Assembly: GCF_006345805.1 (NCBI RefSeq)
Contig: NC_043000.1
Location: 110,856,001-110,920,000 of the forward strand
DNA: 64,000 nt
DNA from: Octopus sinensis
Taxonomy: Eukaryota
Direction of reading: 5' to 3'
The stretch's first letter is position 1; the number at the start of each line of letters is the position of its first letter. The notes beneath the pieces are model-generated. The model did no database searches. It saw only the letters and a list, made by a program, of their open reading frames with translations, and was not told where the DNA came from. Position numbers and translations under genes: made by a program. Below, piece after piece: positions 12,266-27,079 of this stretch.

Positions 12266-12894
12266 CTCTACTGTCTTGTCTCTTTAGCATATATATATAT
12301 ATAGATCATCATCATAACTTAACATCCGTTTCCATGCTAGCATGGTTTGACTAGAGCTGGAAAGGCCAAAGGCCACACCAGGCTTCATTGTCTGTTCTAG
12401 CATTGTTTCTACCGCTGGATACCCTTCCTAATGCCAACCACTCCACAAAGGGCACTGGGTGCTTTTAATGTGTCGCCAGCCCCAGTATCAACTTTTCTGT
12501 GGCTGAAAGGTCTTCGTGAGGACAGTAAGGGCCCAGATATCTCAGTCTATGTATGAATCTGTATATTTGTTTTTTTTTTGTATTGTGTTTGTCCCCCACC
12601 ACTGCTTGACAGCTGGTGTTGGTTTGTCCACCTCCCTGTGACTTAGTGGTTCAGCAAAAGAGTCCAATAAAATAAGTATTCAACCTAAAACTGTACTGGG
12701 GTCAATCTATTTGGCTAAAACCCTTCAGAGCAGTGCCCCAGCATGGCCACATTCAAATGTGTGGAACAAGTAAAAAGATGAGAAATAGTCCCCAATGTAG
12801 AACACAACTGAGTGGCCATGGCTGGAACAAATCTGGTTTTAGGTTTACTTCATCAGAGCTGACCAGGGGCTAAACAAAATAACCTGGTCTGCAG

Positions 12895-13200
12895 AGCACT
12901 TCCTCTCTTCAATCTGTAAGAATATCAGAACTGGATGTCCTTTGCAGTCTGGTGGAATTGGTAGAACATCCAGCAGGATGCCATTTTGTATTAGTTTTCA
13001 TTCTCAGTGGCTGGTGTTCAAATCCTACCATGTCCTACTTGGGTTGTATGACTTTATATCCATCATCCAGGGTAACATATTCCCTCCTGGTAACTCAGGT
13101 GTCTGTAATGGAAGAGTCCACTCTGTTGCAAGCATAGGGGTAAGGTCTCCAGTTTGAGGATATCTTCTTCCTTCCCTCCCACCAGTCCTAGAGGCCCTGC
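12895..13200 (-). mobile_element. Possible highly degraded CR1-like ORF2 C-terminal fragment
   Basis: Scattered peptides KEEDILKLE, RHLSYQE and KGHP across frames resemble the CR1 DI.KLE / RHLSYEE / RGH motifs; weak. Confidence 0.35.
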
Positions 13201-13330
13201 AAGGAGTGATGGGCACTGCCTTCCCTTCTGTGTAAAACAATAAAAAATAATGTCTCTGAGAGCTCAAAAAAGGTTCTGGGGTCACATGCACTGCTTTTTT
13301 CACAAACAAAACAATAAAAGATATCTGATA

Positions 13331-13610
13331 TATATCTGTTTGTATTGTTTGATGTCTGACATTATTGTTTGATATCTGATGTTATTGTTAAGTCTCTGGT
13401 ATAATTGTATGATGTCTGGTGCTATTGTGTGATGTCTGATGTTATTGTTTGATGTCTGATGTTATTGTTTAGTCTCTGGTATAATTGTATGATGTGTGGT
13501 GCTATTGTGTAATGCCTGATGTTATTGTATGATGTCTGATGTTATTCTGTAATATATAATGTTATTGTTTGATGTCTGATGTTGTTGTATGATGCCTGAA
13601 ATCTTGTATG
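13331..13610. repeat. 20-bp minisatellite (about 14 units) with an 80-bp higher-order repeat
   Basis: Unit GATGTCTGATGTTATTGT(T/A)T; variants AGTCTCTGGTATAATTGTAT at 13391/13471 and GATGT(C/G)TGGTGCTATTGTGT at 13411/13491. Confidence 0.9.
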
Positions 13611-16399
13611 ATATTTGATGATGTTCTGTCATAAGAAGTATTATTGGTGTATATATTCTATGTTGTATTGTTACCTGCGATATTATACGTTATCTGTTGA
13701 CCTTCCACCAGACATAACCTAATTATTTCATTTGCTTTGATCTACAACAAATACTTTCATTTGTCTGATCTGGCACAACCTTCATTCAAGTATCACAATT
13801 TGTTCAAGAAAAATATTGATCCACTGAAGAGATGTTTTTTCGTCTTGTCTCATTGGATCAGATTAAATAGTTTGAGATAATGAGAAAGATACCTAGGAGT
13901 CAAATAAGAAAGAGCAGACAAAGTAAGGAACACTTCTTGTACTGATAAATAAACAGTATATAGTATGTTTTATTATTCATTTTCAATTGGATACAATCAG
14001 ATATGTCAAATTTATTTTGAAGTTTCACATTGATTATTGATTATGGAAATCATTTTGACATCTGGAACTATATTAACTTTCTACAAACATTCTGAGGTCT
14101 GATTAGTCCAAAGATTATATTTACTTAAAGTACTAAGATAAAAATGTTACAGGAGGTGTTTTAGTACAAGCAATAGTATAAGTTCTTTCTAAGATGGCAG
14201 AAGGTCACGGATTTTGTGCAGAGGATATATTCTGGCCACAGTACTAGGTTAATTTAAATTTCACTGACACCCCCGCCCCCATAAGGGTGTGTGGCCGAGT
14301 GGTTAGTGTTTGCTGCCACCGGAGTTGACTTTGATCTAATTAAATACTGGCAGGTATTTTGTCTGGTGCTCAACTGAGTTTGTCAGTTTGCTCCACTGAA
14401 GTTCTGGTCGTGTCGTGTCAGCAATGTCTTCAGGTCGTTTCTGCTGCATTTTCACATGTTCTCCTCCTTCACGGACCACACAGTCATTCAATCAACTGCT
14501 TTAATGCTACAACAACAACAATAACAACCCTCTCATGTTCTCATGTTGATCTACAATTCTTATTCTAGTTATAAACCGAGATGTTCTTTACTCAATTCCA
14601 CTTTTGCCCTCCTTACAACAGATTAAACTCATAATCAGCTTTCCAGGTGTTTTCTGAACTTACACAGATGAAATATGTGAGAAATCTCATATCTAAGAGA
14701 TTAACTTTTCTTCTGTGCTTTATAATAATGTACATAAGTGCAGACGTGACTGTGTGGTAAGAAGCTTGCTTCCCAACCACATGGTTCTGGGTTCCGTCCC
14801 TCAGCATGGCACGTTGGGCAAGTGTCTTCTAATCTAGCCTCAGGCCAACCAGAGTTCCCAGTAGGTTCCATAACAAAATTGACAGTTATATACTTTGGGC
14901 CAATCTAATAATAGACTATATGTGCCCACCACCCACCATCACCCACTCCTATCCATCTTTCTCTCAAATTGATATTCCTGTGCCTGTTTTAGATGTCTTT
15001 ATAACTGAAAGGATGGCTAAAAAGGAAATCAGTTAATTTTGTAAAAAACACAGGAAATATTGAAGGAAATTATTTAATGATTTCAAGAATGTTAGATATT
15101 TCCGCTTTATGCCATTTTTACCGACATTAAGTCTTTAAAAATTAGTTTTGAAATTTTCTGTTGTTTTTTCTTGTGAGTGTGTGTGTATGTGTGTGTTTGT
15201 TATAATGCCTGTTAATTTGTTTTTTCTGCCTTCATGAGAAAGCCCCAACTGTCTTCTCTAAGATACGGCATTGAAAATCCCATCACAATTACACTGTTGT
15301 TGTTGTTGTTATTATTATCGTTGTTGTTGTTGTAGTTGTTGTCTATTATTGTTTTGACTTGAGCTAAAAGAAATACCATATTTCTTACATCACTGCTGTG
15401 CTTGCTGGGAAAGAAGCTGTTGAAGATGAGGGCCCATAAAGAAGAGGATGTGGGTGGGAAGATGGCGTTTCTATATTTTCACTGGTGTGTGTGGGAATGA
15501 AAACTGCATTGTTCTGATGAGAAATTATGTAAGCCACATCTGTCTTCTGGTTTCTTCCAACAACGGCGGAGAAGATAATGATGATTTCATTCGTAGTCAT
15601 GTAACTTGTTTTTAATAGGGAGACGGGTAAGAGTCATTCGTTTCAGACACAGTATATTACTGGTAAAAAAAGTTGTGGATGACATGAGAGAGCCTCCATG
15701 AGGTAGCTTGGTCTGCTAGAAATAACTGCTGCATCTTTGTCACTATGAAGGGAAATATGAAGGGGGAAAGACACACTTGATAACGTAGTCTGAGATATGC
15801 TATGGCTAAGGGGAATGTATAAAAAAAAAAAGTAGGATGGTCACATCCGGAACACCGTTAACCTCAAGGTTTCCTTAATTGGTGTTGACCTGGCACTAAA
15901 CAGCCATAATAATGAGGATTGCTAAGGATGTTAGCAATACTGAAGTGGTGAGAATCCTCCTCCTCGTCTCCTCCTCCTCCTCCCCATCTCCTCCTCCTCC
16001 TTCTCCCCATCTCCTCCTCCTCGTCTCCTCTTCCTCGTCGTCGTCGTCATCGTTATCATCATCGCCACCATCACCATCATTCATTAATCTTATTTTTCTT
16101 GCCTGCTTTCCCTGCGCTCCCAAGCGCAGCTCTGTGTGCCTTGGGTTGTGCTGTGGTTTCTTTTACCATTCTTAGTTCTACTGCATCGAGAGTACCCCCA
16201 GATGGGATCCATGCAGTGCCTTGCACACATCCTACTGTCCTTCGGTTTTGCTTCTATGAGTGATGTTCCCTTTATTGTTTATTTAGCCCCGAGTCTGCCT
16301 TGATTGAGCAGACCTCTGATCAAAGACATTTCATCTATGGCACTTTGCCCCTCTTTCACCAGACTTGTGTTTCCTTCTCCAAGACTGTAGGCTGAGATT

Positions 16400-16722
16400 G
16401 TGAAGGCACATGACTTACTGGTTAGGGTGTTCAGCTCATGATCATAAGATTGTGGGTTCAATATCCAGAGATATGTTGCATCTTGAGCAAGTCTTTTTAT
16501 TTCACATTGCTCCAGTCTACTCAGCTGGCAAAATTGTATTGTACCTGTATTTCAAAGGGCCAGCCTTGTCACATTCTGTACCACGCTGGATCTTCCTGAG
16601 AACTACATTAAGATTAAGTGTGTCTGTGGAATACTCGGCCACTTACATGTTAATTTCACAAGCAGGCTTCTCCATTGATCAGATCAACTAGAGCCCTTAT
16701 CATCGTAACTGATGGAGTGCCG
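16400..16722 (+). mobile_element. tRNA-derived SINE, family D
   Basis: Head GGCACATGACTTACTGGTTAGGGTG...GGGTTCAAT and body CACATTGCTCCAGTC.ACTCAGCTGGCAAAA...GATCAACT; shared with other copies. Confidence 0.75.
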
Positions 16723-18444
16723 GGTTTTGTTTCAGACTGAGATTAAAAGGAGATTTGGCTGCTATTTCTTGCAAAGGACCATGTGCAAGTCTCTCTATTT
16801 TATTCCTCATTGGTTAGTATTAAGTCCAATATTCCATGCCACTGCACACTCACCCTTGCACACCTCCACACACCACAAGAAACCACATGCACCCCCCCCA
16901 CCCACACACATCACCATGCACCCTACATTACACCGTTCATTAAACAGATATTGAAGAAATAAAACCAGACTGAATTAAATCCTGGGGAGAATATCACCAT
17001 CATCATCACCACCACCACCATCATCATCATGTAATGGCTGTCCTCCATGTTGGCATGGCTTGCATGGTTTGACAGGATATGGCATGGTGGAGAGCTGCAA
17101 CAGCCTCCAATTGTCTGCTTTGACATGGTTTCTGTGGCTGGATGTCCTTAATGCCAACCACTTTACAGAGCGTACTGGGCGCTTTTTATGCGGCACTAGC
17201 ACTGCTGCTTTTCTTTTTTGCATGGCACCAACACCAGTGGGGTTGCCAACTAACCTGCGAGATGAACACCTCTCAGCTAGGAGAGGGAATACAACCAAGG
17301 GAAGTGGCTGTGTGCCAGGTGAAAGGTTACAGTATCATAGCAGATGTGATTAACTAGAAACCCTTGAAGGTGGTGCCCCAGTATGGCCACAGTCCTGTGA
17401 GTAAAATCACTTGGAGGAATCAAAGAACTTACCACAATAAATATATTCAAACAATATAGACAAACAACATATGAGTATGATAACAACAGCCACTGCTGTA
17501 GATCGTAGAATTCTCGTTTGTTAATTATTGTAAGTAATTTGATTTTTTAATTGTCTGTCATGTTTGCTGTAGATAACCCAAAGTGTGTGCAACCAAACTT
17601 TGGCATTAGACCTGAGATTCCAGTCTTACAAATTGGCAGGCCAATATTACTAACACATATTCAATTTTAACTCTCTCTAATTTCTTTTTTTTTTCATATT
17701 TTAAATTCTTATCTTTTAATTAAATCTTTCAATCTATTCAAACACTTTTTAAGCCTCACTAAATTATTGATTAAAAACAATTTAGAATGTCGATCACTCA
17801 AATTATTGACCAAAATTATTTGACTTTCTTTAATATATCAAGGAAACTTTGTAATTATCGTTAACTGGATAAATATTTTATGCAACAGTCCAGGTGAAGT
17901 GAATTATGGCAATTTTGGGGATCCATATTATTTCCTTTATTACCTTATTGAGGTACACTCTCCTTTCAATAGCCATGGAAACCATTCCAAAGCAGACATT
18001 GGAGCATGATGCTGTCATTGGAGCCATTGGATCCTTTCTAACCATCCATGTTCCATGCCAACATGGAACATGGATATTAAATGGTTATGATGATAATGCT
18101 GAAGGTGCATGGGCTTAAAAGAGGCAACTAAGTTTTGGCAGGCCCCTTTTTTTGAAATCACCTCCAGCCATTAACTTAAACTCTGTCCTTGGGGTTGACA
18201 CAACCAGATTTTTTCCAGAAGCAGTACACCTGACAATCTAATGTTTAATAATCCCATGTCATATGTAGTGCATAACCCAGATAATTATCTGTAATGTGAC
18301 AATAAATTGTAATTCTCTAACAGAGATAAGTAGGAACTTAGGGAAGAAGAAGGGGACACAGGGGAGAATATATTGATTGGGTATCCAGCCATCAATACAT
18401 CTTCATTTCTGCCTACGTCTTCCTTCCCAGCTGCCTCTCACAGT

Positions 18445-18646
18445 CTCTTTTACTTGTTTCAGTCATTTGACTGGGGCCATGCTGGGGCACCGCCTTTAGT
18501 CGAGCACATCGACCCCAGGACTTATTCTTTGTAAGCCTAGTACTTATTCTATCGGTCTCTGTTGCCGAACCGCTAAGTTACAGGGACGTAAACACACCAG
18601 CATCGGTTGTCAAGTGATGTTGGGTGGGACAAACACAGACACACAA

Positions 18647-18687
<41 letters not shown>

Positions 18688-18853
18688 TATATACGACCGG
18701 CTTCTTTCAGTTTCCATCTACCAAATCCACTCACAAGGCTTTGGTCAGCCCGAGGCTATAGTAGAAGGCACTTGCCCAAGGTGCTACGCATTGGTAATGA
18801 ACCCGGAACCATGTGGTTGTTAAGCAAGCTACTTACCACACAGCCACTCCTGT
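18445..18853 (-). mobile_element. SINE family B, full length, internal (CA)n/(TA)n
   Basis: Reverse-complement match to 787-1170. Confidence 0.8.
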
Positions 18854-21800
18854 GCCTCACTTCTGTCTGCTTTCTACCCGGCTACCTACCTAGCTTTATT
18901 TACCCTCTATTATTAATCACTGTATTCTTCACCTCTGTCCACCCTCTTATACTGTAGCTACCCAGTATTGCATCTTCATCTCCTTCCACCCTCCTCTCTC
19001 CATCATTCCATCTTCGTTAGTCGATAACAACTTCCTTCCTTACCAATAACATATTAACAGACAACAACAGTCTCCAGATTCATTAGAAAGATGTCTTCTT
19101 ACCAGTTCACATGGTGTTCACTCAAGCATTCTCTTTCTCTCAAATCTTACCATTTATTAGTCAAAAGTCGGCTGCAGCAAACATCAATTGTTTATATTTT
19201 TACCTATTTTTACATTGTTGTTTAATGGTTTTCTTCTGGAATTCTCCGTGCATTTCCTAAATTAATGTTTTCTGCAAAACAACTGAAGACTGAGATAATT
19301 CTTAAAGAAAATGATAGGATACAGGATTTTAATTAATTCTCATTAAATAAATTAGATTCTCAGAAAACAGTGCTGTTTGTCTTCAGTAAACAATGGCTTT
19401 TAAAGAATCAAAGTTTCCATGCCAATACATGTACAATATCATACACTGACTTAGTGATTCTCTCATCACTACTTCAGCTCAGCTGAAGTATATGTATTGC
19501 TGAAAAGGTGTAATAACACCAAAACATACCCAAAGTTGTCTCCTGTATTCCTGTATTTTTTAAAAGGATTAAAATGATGTATATCATTGAGTTAATGGTG
19601 TCTTTTCCTCACTGCATAAGTCTAATTAAATTTTTAATGTTCTCTATATTAATTATGTTGAAACTAACTTAGCTATAGTTTTCCATATTGATGGCAGTGC
19701 TGAGTAATTAACAGTCAAGGGTTCATGCTAACATACTGACTCTTTTGTTTTTAAGCCTTTTATTACTGACTGTGGCTATGTGGCTAAGCAATTCACTTCC
19801 CAATCTAATGATCTTGAGTTCAGTCCCACTGTGTGGTACCCTGGGTGTCTTCTACTACAGCCCCGGCCAACCAAGGCTGTGTGAGTGGATTTCATCAGTG
19901 GAAACTGAAAGAAGCCCATCTTTGTACATGTGTGTGTGTGTGCATGTAGTTTTGTGTCTCCTTTTCTTGTCATTGTGCGATGGTTATAAATGAGTATCAG
20001 CATCAAAGATGCAGTATCATTCATTTCCAGCACTCTCCCAAAAACATGTCTGGCCATAGGGAAATATCATGATGCTTGGACACAGATGTTGCTAACAGGG
20101 AAGGTCTCTGCCTAACCATCCTCCATCCATCCCATGCAAGCATGGAAAAGTGGACATTAAAAGGCATCAGTTGTGGTCAGATCAGCTGATTAGTACAACC
20201 CTGAGAAGTGGATAGGTGATCCTTTGAAAATATAGTTGCTTCAAATCATCATCATCATCATTTAACACTCGTCTTCCATGCTGGGATGTGTTGGACAGTT
20301 TGACTGGAGCTGGTGAGCCAGAAGACTGCACCAAACACCTCTGCACAGTTTCTATGTGACTGGATGCCCTCCTTAATGTTAAATATATTGAATAAAAGCC
20401 ATGCTCCAAAACTAGGGCCCAAAGCTAGTTTATGCCAGCATGGGATGGGTTAGAATGGCTCTAAAACTGCTCTAAAAACTAGGAACAATGACAGCTATTC
20501 CTGTCATTGAATCAACAGAACCACCCAAGGTCCATCTGCAACCTCTGGGGTCAGAAGGGAAGGATACATTTCAAAGACTACTGTCTATTAAGCAAGTGCA
20601 TGTGCATGCACACATACACACACAAATTCAGTAAATGACAAAGCAATAAGAAATCATGTCATGAACTTCATTAACTAAAGAAGTCCATGGCATAATTTCC
20701 TATTCCTTTGTCATTCATTTAATCTTTTATTACTGCTCTGTACTCAGCCAACACTTTCTAGCACCAGGTTATTAGTATCATTATGCCTAAGCTAAATATA
20801 GACAATTACAGTTATATCAAATACCATATTACATAAATAATTAGTGTTCTGTTGAAATTGTCTTTGCCTCTAGAGAATGTATTGTAATTAATTAAATGGC
20901 AATTAAGACCAGCCCCACATGAGAAAGGGAGATAAACTCAAGAACTAAAGATTTTTTCAAAGTTAACATGCAATTAAGGTAAAAGATAGGCTTATTGTCT
21001 AGAGAAAAGAAGGCAGTCATGGACACATGTTTCTACCTCAATAGCTGTCATCTGCTCAACAATTGTCCAGCCTTATTTCCATTTGACAAAGGTCTTGGAC
21101 TTATACAACAAAAATGAGGTGAGAAAAATAATCTCACAATGATCAATAGTATGTATTTGAATGATCTAGACAAATACAGGTATGTCAAATACCATACAAC
21201 ACAAATTCCTGATTGATTAAAATCATCTCTGACTCAAGACGATCAGATTAAAGGTGAAAAAACAGTTAAATAACTATTTCGATAGCTTTCCTTACAGTTA
21301 AGTTTGGTTAAATTTCTTGAAAGTAATAATAATAATAATAATAATAATAATGATAATTAATAATAATAACTGTTCCTATTATAAGTGCAAGGCTTGTAAT
21401 TCTGGTGGATGATGGTAGTAGTTGATTATATTGACCCCAGTGCTCAACTGATAATTATCTTATTATTGATCCTGGAAGGATGAAAGGCAAAGTCGACCTC
21501 AGTGGAATTTGAACTCAGAATGTAATGACGGATAAAATGCCGGTGAGCATTTTGTCCAGTGAGCTAACGGTTAAAGCGAAAATGTTTGAAAAAAACTGTA
21601 AAATGTTATTGACATGTGGAACACAGCATCGACAGTCTGGTTATTTTAGATTCCGAGTGATGGGAGAGTGGGGGGGGGAAGAATAGCAGTGCATTACTGA
21701 AGCTTGGTGGTGGTGGTGGTGGGGAGGGAGAGAGTGCAAGAATCTTTTGCTGGTGTTTTTGAAGTTGTGTTTAATCTATGTTGATGAAGTTAATTGAGAG

Positions 21801-22118
21801 TGTCGTTGGTCGTGGCCATATTCATGATGGAAGCAGTAGTGATGTTGGAATAATAACGACAGACAGCAGCTAATGTGGGAATAATGTGGAAGACGAAGAA
21901 CTGGGTTGGGCAAGGGAGAGAGAGAGAGAGAGAGAGAGGGAGAGGATGTTGAAACTTTTATATTAATGATGCTGCAGATGCTGTAAGCTTTTCAATGGTC
22001 TCCAGTGATGTTGAAAATCTATCGCAAAGGTCTGTGTCAATATGTGCTGAAATGACAGCTTTGCTTACATTGCGTTCTCTGCTTTGCTATGCATAGGCAT
22101 ATGTGTATCTGTCTGTCC

Positions 22119-22152
<34 letters not shown>

Positions 22153-22249
22153 CCATAGAGAATACTAAAGATATCAATGTATATATATATATGTATATGT
22201 GTATGTATATATACATTTATTTCTATATGCATGTATATATATGTATGTC

Positions 22250-22291
<42 letters not shown>

Positions 22292-24064
22292 ACGCACACA
22301 TACACACACATATAGACATACACACCTATTGCTCCATCTACATAAATGTCTTGTTTTCCTTAACGGCCAGGCTTTGCTTTCATGACAATGACCCATTGTG
22401 TGAACATGACTGTATGTGTTCCCCATGTAATATATGTATAGCCTTTCATGTCAAATGTTGTGTCTATCAGTATATTACACACACTCACACACACACACAC
22501 ACACGTGTTTATTTATGTCTCTTTAATACATTTAATGTAGCCATTTAATGAGCTGGCTAATTCTTGATGAAATTAGTGCCAATATTTTGAATCATTATTC
22601 CATCGCATTGAAGAATTGCAAATTATGGTTTTCGATGGAAAGCAGCAATTCAGTTCAGTTTCCTGCACAATTGCCTTCATGTTTTAAATGTAAGTCTTAG
22701 AATTGTGGCAGAGATTTCGCTCAGAATATTGCAAGGATGAGGCACGCTTGATTGGTAGAGTGCAGTTTCAGTTCCCAGACTGGGCTGTGTGTTGTGTTCT
22801 TGAGTAAAAACACTTCATTTCAAGTTGATCTACCATCTCTTTGACATCTGACATGTGGCACACTGTGCCTCCGTTGTGGCAATGTCAATTTGATGGAAAC
22901 CATGAGATAATTTACAACACAAATATTTGATCACTTTAAACAAATCATCCGTGGAGAAGGTGAGGGTTGAGTTTATTCTGAAAAGCAGGTGAAAGCACGA
23001 GGGAAAGTGGTGAAGGTGGCTGAGGCCACTTACATTTCAAAGAGAGAAACAGGGAGAGAATGATAAGTTGGAATTGCCAAAAATGATCAGGTGGTTATGT
23101 TAAAAGACAGTCCACGATTACAGTATGATGCACGCCACTTATCATCTTGTATGTTGTGCTAACTTGTCTTTTGAAATTTTATCTATTACAATGGCAGCAC
23201 TTCCTCACTGCATTCTAATTTTGTTGCCTGATTTTGTTGTGTTGTTTTAATTTGGAATTGAAAGTCAAAAGCTGGTGTTCTTCTATTTTTAAGCCTTTTG
23301 TTTACCAGGCATGGCTGTGTGGTTAAGCAGTTTGCCTTTCAACCACGTGGTTTTTAGTTCTGTCTCTCTCTGGGTCACTTTAGGTAAGTATCTCTTATTA
23401 TAGTCTTGGGTTGACCAAAGTTTTTTGTGTGGATTTCACAGATGGAAACTGAAAGAAGCCCATCATGAATGTTTGTACTTCCTTGTTTTGGCATCTTGTG
23501 ATTGTTGTAATGTCATTTTTTTCCCCAATGTTCTGCAAAAACATGTCTGGCCAAGGAGAAATATAGCCTCGAAGGTTGATGACATGAAGGGTATCTGTCT
23601 GTAGAAAATCTGCTTCAGTAAACTTCGTCTGGTTGAAACAGGCATGGAAAAGTGAGCATTAAAATGAAGATGGCAGCAGTATATAAAAATAACTAATTTT
23701 AAAAGAGAGAGAGAGAGAGAGAGAAGAAGAGAGACGGTGAGAGGGTTTGTGTTTGTGAATAAAATGATAATGTTTTTAAGCTAACCCTGCTGAAGATCAC
23801 CTCTTGTTCCATGACAGAAAACCTCCAATTTAAAAGTGGCTGTGTGGTAAGAAGCTTGCTTCCCAACCACATGGCTCTGGGTTCAGTCCTACTGTGTGGC
23901 ACCTTGGACAAGTTTCTTCTACTATAGCTTCGGGCTGACCAAAGCCTTGTGAGTGGATTTGGTAGATGGAAACTGAAAGAAGCCACTTACATTTCAAAGA
24001 GAGAGAAAGAAACAGCTGGAATTGCCAAAAAAGATCAGGAAGTTATGTTAAAAGACAGACAGCT

Positions 24065-24293
24065 GTGTGTGTGTGTGTGTGTGTAAATGTATACATGTAT
24101 ACATACATGCATATATATATACACACAAATGTATATATGTATATATATATATGTATATATGTGTGTGCATATATACATATATGTTTGTATACATGTATAC
24201 ATATATATGTGTGTATGTGTATATATATATGTATATATATATATATATGTATATATATACATACATATATGTATGTATATGTGTGTGTGTATA

Positions 24294-24335
<42 letters not shown>

Positions 24336-25018
24336 TATATATAAATTCAATTTAATTTTAAATCGAATTGATTTTATTATCATTATCTATTTGAAATTAC
24401 AGCCATGAAACACGCGTAATCTTTTTACTACTATTTAATATTTATTGTACGTTATCGATTTTTTTGAATAAGGTTTTTTTTATATATTATATGTATTCTA
24501 TATGGTGTGAATAACATCTTTCTTTATTGAATTGTTTAATAGTGGTTTTTCTCTAAATTATATATATATATATATACATGTATATACATATATATATACA
24601 TATATGTATCTGTGTATGTATACACATACACACACACACACACATATATACATATCTATGTATATATTCATATGTATGTATATATATATACATATATGCA
24701 TCTATGTATGTATACACATACACACACACACACATATATACATATCTATGTATATATTCATATATATGTATGTATATATATATATACATATATGTATCTA
24801 TGTATGTATACACATACACACACACACATATTTATACATATCTATGTATATATTCATATATATATATGTATGTATATATATATACATATACATACATATA
24901 TGTATTTATGTATGTATGCACATACACACACACACACATATATATACATATCTATGTATATATACATAAATGTATGCATGAATATACAAACTCTCATATA
25001 TATGTGTATGTATATACA

Positions 25019-25057
<39 letters not shown>

Positions 25058-25060
25058 CTG
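24065..25060. repeat. Two compound (TA/CA/TG)n arrays; the second has a ~90-110-bp higher-order unit
   Basis: Arrays at 24065-24345 and 24555-25060; CATATCTATG recurs near 24651, 24741, 24837 and 24947. Confidence 0.9.
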
Positions 25061-25882
25061 ACTGGGCCTGATGAAGCCTTCCGGCTTCACAGACCCCAGT
25101 TAAACCGTCCAACCCATGCTAGCATGGAAAACGGACGCTAAATGATGATGATGATGATGTATGTATGTATATTAAATGAACAGCTTGGCATTTGCTATGA
25201 TGGAAACATGAATGTAAAACAAACGTAAAATTACGAATTGTGATAACAACACAACAATGTCAGTGAGGTTTGATCTCACTCACACAAAGTCATAAGAGGG
25301 CAGTCAGTCTGTTTCATAGTAATTAATTAATTTCTTGTGGCTTTTCATCTCTCTGGCTCTAATTAATGCTGTTGATTATGCCTACTACATCATTCCCTTA
25401 CTCTATTCCATACACACATACACTATTAACCTATTAACCAAATATTATCATATTGGTTAGTTTTGGTCATGGGCGGAATGGGGCAGTGGGAACTTGTCTG
25501 TGATCTTTGTTATGGTTCCTTGTGGGAGAGATTTTCCCACTCATTAATTGACTGAGGAAATGCATGAACATCACGATTCCTTTGCTTCCAGTGTTCTTCT
25601 TAATGAGATAATATTATGGTAGCACCACTTGATGAAGAAGCTTCTACGTGGTTGCTCAATGCGCTAGAGATAACAGCCAAATCTCTCTCAAATCTCACGT
25701 AGATGTTTTAAGAAAATAAAAGTGGTGCAGGTATAGTTGTGTAGTAAGAAGTGTGCTTTTCAACTGCATGGTTTCAGGTTCTGTTCTGCTGTGTGTCACC
25801 TTGGGTGAGGGTGTTCTACTGCAGCCCCAGGCTGACAAAAGCCTTGTGGGTGGGTTTGGTTGACAGATACTGAAAGAAGTCC

Positions 25883-25917
<35 letters not shown>

Positions 25918-26277
25918 ATGTTTGAGTGTGTTTGAGTGTGTGTGTGTGCGTGTGTAACTGTGTTCTTGATTTGATGTCTCAAGGTAGTTCTAAACTGAGT
26001 CTCAGCACTCATCCTTCATTTCCAATCTTCTGTGGAAACATGACTAGCCATGGAGTCATGCAAGGGTAGGTGACAGGAAGAGCATCTGGTCATAAAAAGT
26101 CTTTTTCAGCAAAATCTGTCTGACTGATGCAAGCATGGAAATGGGGATGTTAAAACAATGTTGGTGATGATGATGGAAAAGACCATTTTGGAATAATGTA
26201 GTCCTTGATTTATTACACTGGGTGGTCATGACTGGAATATCATTAAACAAAATAACCAATAGGTATAGGAGTGGCTG

Positions 26278-26546
26278 TGTGACGAGATATGTTTGTGAAA
26301 AGATGGAAGTCTGTAGCTTGCAAGCTGGGTATATTTGGCACCAGGTAAGTGTGGCCGGATCAAGAAGTAAAGGTTCTACCCAGATGGCTGGGTTCCTTGC
26401 CCTACTGTGTAATATTAAATTTATAAACTCTATATTGTAAATATTGTAAATACTAAAACGTTTTAAGCTACTACACTTTATATGTTCGTCTGTATTTGTA
26501 TGTCCCCTCTATGTAACGCCTTAATGGCGAATTTTCATGAAATAAA
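26278..26546 (+). mobile_element. Possible L1/Tx1-like LINE 3' end
   Basis: Frame RDMFVKRWKSVACKLGIFGTR* (F..RW motif) followed by an AT-rich UTR ending GAAATAAA; weak. Confidence 0.3.
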
Positions 26547-26704
26547 GTAGCTTGCTTGCCAACCACATGGTTTCGGGTTCAGTCCCACTGTGTGGTGGCA
26601 CCTTGGGCAAGTCTCTTCTGCTCTAGCCTCGGGCTTACCAAAGCTTTGTGAGTGGATTTGGTAGATGGAAACTGAAAGAAGCCTATCGTATATCTATATA
26701 TATA

Positions 26705-27035
26705 TGACCTGTTGAGGCAAGTGAAAATCAAATCAAACCAAATCAAAATAGATGAACATCAATGGAATTTGTATCTTTGTGGTACCAGTGCCGATGGCAC
26801 ATAAAAAACACCATCCGAGCATGGCCGTTCGCCAGCCTCATCTGGCACCTGTGTCGGTGGCACATAAAATCACCCACTACACTCTCGGAGTGGTTGGCGT
26901 TGGGAAGGGCATCCAGCTGTAGAAACACTGCCAGATCTGACTGGCCTGGTGCAGCCTTCGAGCTCCCCAGACCCCAGTTGAACCGTCCAACCCATGCTAG
27001 CATGGAAAGCGGACGTTAAACGATGATGATGATAA
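26705..27035 (+). mobile_element. RTE LINE 3' UTR copy
   Basis: Same family. Other copies at about 10000-10200(-), 12305-12500(-), 17020-17240(-), 20240-20385(-), 25060-25160(+), 27080-27515(+), 31640-31830(+), 33302-33552(+), 43870-44172(+), 47175-47340(-), 49520-49620(+), 53220-53420(+), 56470-56665(+), 57905-58146(+), 58990-59275(+), 62050-62450(-), 62825-63030(-). Confidence 0.75.
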
Positions 27036-27042
27036 TATATAT

Positions 27043-27079
<37 letters not shown>

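Noticed and set aside
13818-13859. Hammerhead-like GAUCCA-CUGAAGA-GAUG(U6)CGUC...UGGAUC
   Set aside because: Stem I and stem II are plausible, but the essential GAAA and helix III are absent.
15514-15540. CTGATGA directly followed by GAAA
   Set aside because: No stem I or helix III complementarity around it.
19473-19493. Perfect 9-bp inverted repeat TACTTCAGC-TCA-GCTGAAGTA
   Set aside because: Short, isolated, and expected occasionally by chance in 64 kb.
25061-25095. CTGATGAAGCC-TTCC-GGCTTC hairpin (also near 31737)
   Set aside because: Variant of the RTE 3' UTR; no GAAA or NUH, so not a hammerhead.
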